From Botryllus schlosseri (Eukaryota), in NCBI GenBank assembly GCA_051294905.1, contig CM119371.1, positions 3,846,001 to 3,910,000 of the forward strand: a DNA stretch of 64,000 bases. The letters run 5' to 3'. Below are positions 60,276 to 64,000 of this stretch, one piece after another (the stretch's first letter is position 1; each line of letters opens with the position of its first letter). The position numbers and the translations under genes are program-made. The notes beneath the pieces are model-generated. The model ran no database searches, was not told where the DNA came from, and saw only the letters and a list, made by a program, of their open reading frames with translations.

Positions 60276-61329
60276 GGTGTAAATGACCATTGTAGTCGAA
60301 ACGCATCACGGATGCCACAAACAAAAACACAGCAATTTAACCATTTAATTGCTTCAATTCTAAACAACTCACGACACAAAGATTCAGCCAACAAGAAAGC
60401 GTTTCAGAAAGAGACTGTATGTCGGAATCATGTTGGTGACAACAGGAACCACCTATATTCAATATGATCAATCCTTAGATTTGAGATATCATTTTCAGAT
60501 TTCTAAAACTGCTGATTGCTGTCAAAAATTTTACATTATGTGGTGAGTACCATCTGCTTCCCAGTTATTGGATTGATTGATCAGGAGATTTTCGCATGTC
60601 CGAGAGATAGTTAACAAGGTTATTATTTACGATCGAAACTGGCCTTTCAGTGGCGTGTTGAGACTATAGTCCGCATACCCATGGTTTATTTGAGATTGAG
60701 ACTCTGATATACGATTTCGCTCAAATTTATTTACACTACAAACATAATAATTGTTATCAAGGTGTCGACCACTGTCTCCCGATTTCTTACAGGACAGAAG
60801 AAATAAACGATATTTCCGCAATTTTCCCATTACCTCACTGTGCATTTGCCGACTTATACTACGTCGTCCCACAATTGAAAGTGTGACTTCACCCCTATCC
60901 TATGCTTCGCATGCATTTAGGAATACATGCATTTTCTCAATGCAACTTTGTCTTAGTCCTAACCGTAATAGGATGTATCAAGGCTATAATAAGCTCTCCG
61001 ATCAATCTATTTCTGATAAAATTCGAAGTCTCCTAGTCTGAATTTCGTTTGTACTGTGGAACATCAGTTAAACTCACCACAGTGAGTGTGTTCTTCAGTA
61101 AATATTACAGCGAGCGCTATGTCGCAATCGTAACGGACGAATTAAAACATCAAAACAAACATCCACATATATTCGGCAACGCTGAGATCGGTTAATTCGA
61201 TGAGTCCCGCTTTATTTCAATCGGGATTATGGTTTGCTATCAATGATCTAAATATTCTTATGGTATGAAAACAAATACAAAGGATCATGTTTCGTGCTCT
61301 GTATACAATAGTTTATATCAGTAACATGT

Positions 61330-61591
61330 ATAATTATTTTTGAATAATATAACTTAATATTGAATAAATCCGAATATTTTCGATTATCGTCTGCAACTAT
61401 AGTAGAGATTGGAAGGAACAATGTTGTTCAACAATCGTATCACCAAACATGACGTCACGAGCATGAAACTTCAAATAATCGCTTTAGCTTAATGTACTAT
61501 TTTAGATGCTACACTAATTTCTTCTGTTGGCACAAACGGTGACGTCATATTCGGTGATACGATTGTTGATATACAATCTTCTTCCCAATCT
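61330..61591. mobile_element. Inverted pair of Penelope 3'-UTR fragments
   Basis: 61330-61460 is the reverse complement of the PLE UTR (CCAATCTCTACTA...CGAAAATATTCGG); 61539-61591 is a forward copy (GGTGACGTCATATT..GATACGATTGTTGATATACAAT). Confidence 0.7.
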
Positions 61592-62115
61592 GTTCACTCT
61601 TATCTAAACGAAGTTTGGATTAAAGAGGTACAAGCGGCACAATCGCCCAGTGATTACTAATAGGAACTCGAGCGTATCGCTGTGACTGTTCGCAGTTATA
61701 ACATCCGCTGTTTGTTTAGTGTGTTCTACGACTGAATAATCCATGTCTACTACCAACGTAGTGGTTGATTAGTATTGGCCGGTAGTGGTGGCCGGATATT
61801 ATTTATGACAGCCGACCAACTGGACTCAAGTAAACGTGATAAAGTTTTCGTTCCTTATTTACTCAAAATTATTACATCGGAGGGAATCGTGATGAAAATA
61901 CACCTGTTTATCTACAAGCAAATGAGAAAAGAAATCATAAATTAATTAGATATATCGTATGCAAGTCATTTCAGAAGCAAGAAGTGGCAGACAAGAAACA
62001 AAAGGACTGTCCGGTTCTCATTTTAACATAGATATTTGAGTTTCAGGATGTCATTTACGGCTGTCCTCCATACGCGATAGAAATATTGCTGAACTCCCCT
62101 GCTGTAAAGACATAT

Positions 62116-63624
62116 TAGGGGTGGAGCCCAATTTCTCTGCTGAGTGGCGATTCTCTACTCAGCAACGATTTCGTTACTCAACTCACGCCAAAAAGTATAC
62201 TCACACTCAAATGCGTCCAGATCGGCACTCAAATCTAAGTCAGCGCACCACCAGACTTAAGTGTCAATTTTCATGGTCGAGCAGCCAACTGCAGGCAACA
62301 CCCGCCAAATACCGGAGTACCGGTATTGTCGTATATATAGGTACAGTGGTACACACTATTTCTAGATGTGAGGTTCTGCTGAGCGAATGACATCAGTGGC
62401 GCTTGGACGGATGTTGTGTTTATGATTGCATTTGTAATTATCTTCTGTACCCTTTCGACTTCTTGTCGTACGGCATCTCGGTATACCGGAATGGTAACTT
62501 CTGCACTGCAGTCTCAATGGGCTAGCATCCCCCGCCGTCGCCGTTCTTACGGCGACAAAAAAAGGCCCAGAAAAAGACCCGACGAAAGAAAGCACTCACA
62601 AGGAATGGAAAGAACTAGAAAGGGCCGTGGCTTCAGAAAGATCAACATCGAAAAGAACTGTGACATCGGGCACTCTAGGCCGAGCCGCCGGGTGGATGTC
62701 AGTATAAAAAGAATAAGATCGCAACTGCGTGTCGTTCGATATCCTCATATCTGTTCATTACATCGCATTGTGTCTTATCGCATTCTACATTGTGTGTGAC
62801 TTGTTCAAATGAAAAATATAACTTAACGATTATTATTAATATTACGCATGCTCTTCCCATAATTAAACAGACGAAGCATCTTGAACAGACCCCTAGCATG
62901 AACCTCGATCAGCTGATAGAGTTCCTGCATGGTAATATCAGTGTTGGGATGGAGTCGCTATGACTTCAAGCCAATTTAGACGATAGCAGCAATAAGCTAT
63001 TGGAAACAAGAAATACTGAATAATTAAGGGAGAAAATGTCGGGTGGGTCTGGGTACTTCGGGAATTTGAATGGTAGAGGGTCAAAGAGAATTGGAAAGAA
63101 ATCCTGAAAATCTGTAAATTTTTCAATTTGTTTTCACGATATAGATGCGTTTATTTGTTCTTTCAGGCCTGCACTTACGTGTTCGCCTGCTGTGAAACTT
63201 ATCTTCATAAATTTCGAATGGGTTTGTAGCGTCTTGCAAATATACTTCTGTGGGACATAGGAACGTTTCGGGTATCTTCAAGGATTTATATATTTCTATT
63301 GGGTCATCTTCAAAGAGTGTGGATCAGCTGAGGGTATTCATTGCATTTAGATAAATCAGTGAGAACTGCGTCTACTTTGTAGGTCAGTGACGAAATAGGG
63401 ACGATAGCGTCGTGTTGTCATGACAAAATCGTTCACTAGTGTCCGGTCGAAAACGAAAAAAAATCTGGCAACGCTATCTCGGAAAACGACGTCTGGAAAT
63501 CGATACTTAACTGAGTAGAGAGAATTGGCGCGCACTCAACGCTGAGTACCAATCGATTTTTAGTTGAGTGGAGATTCGCATCTAAGCAGTACTTAGTTGA
63601 GGAGAAGAATTGGGCTCCACCCTA
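62116..63624. mobile_element. 1.5-kb non-autonomous TIR DNA transposon
   Basis: TIR TAGGG(G)TGGAGCCCAATT/AATTGGGCTCCACCCTA; subterminal CTCAGC/GCTGAG repeats; no clear TSD. Confidence 0.7.
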
Positions 63625-64000
63625 GGTCAAGAGGTGATCTCATTCTGAGCTGAATAAACTTGTTCATTACCTTGACCATTAGAACATTGGTTCTGAGTGC
63701 CGTCTCCATTGTCAATTCCGCATGAAAAGAGTGGCCTCATCATAAATTTTTACTGGGTTATTTCCTCCGGGCCACTACACGACAATCTGCGAAAAAGAAA
63801 AATTATTCAAATCTGCCCAGTGCGTAGCCTAATGAAGGCTGACACTGAGGATTTCACGGCTCTGTCACGGTTTATTGTTACTGATTGGCGATGATCTGTC
63901 ATAAATGCATGTGTCTACAGCAGTCGTAGTTAACCTTGGCGCCAGCGCCCGCCATACGGGCGATTTTGATTTTGAAGGGGTGGTGGTCGGTTCAGCGCTA

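Overview
Eukaryotic, intron-rich, TE-dense invertebrate DNA. An ascidian (tunicate) origin is inferred from the LDLa-GPCR architecture, 60-70 bp introns and a Meta-type tRNA SINE, but is not proven. Host genes: (1) a + strand LDLa-repeat rhodopsin-class GPCR (GRL101/RXFP-like 7TM, no LRRs seen). I reconstructed 17 frame-consistent exons at 25955-48555 (~667 aa, 5' end missing). (2) A - strand 14-finger C2H2 zinc-finger gene at 52305-53549 with one in-frame TAA. The rest is mostly hAT elements and MITEs with 8-bp TSDs (nested up to three deep), MULE-type MITEs with telomere-like interiors, LINE 3' ends, a SINE, and Penelope GIY-YIG relics carrying a minimal hammerhead-ribozyme motif. The least explained feature is an island at ~9.2-25.6 kb (~11.5 kb after removing two hAT insertions). 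It has a near-perfect 3.6-kb inverted repeat around a ~1-kb spacer, palindrome-bearing 41-bp arrays, outward-facing short or decayed intronless ORFs, ~250-290-bp diverged repeats and a GC-rich terminal array that abuts a truncated GPCR LDLa exon. It is a candidate endogenous DNA-virus or giant mobile-element relic, but I could recognise no hallmark gene in it.
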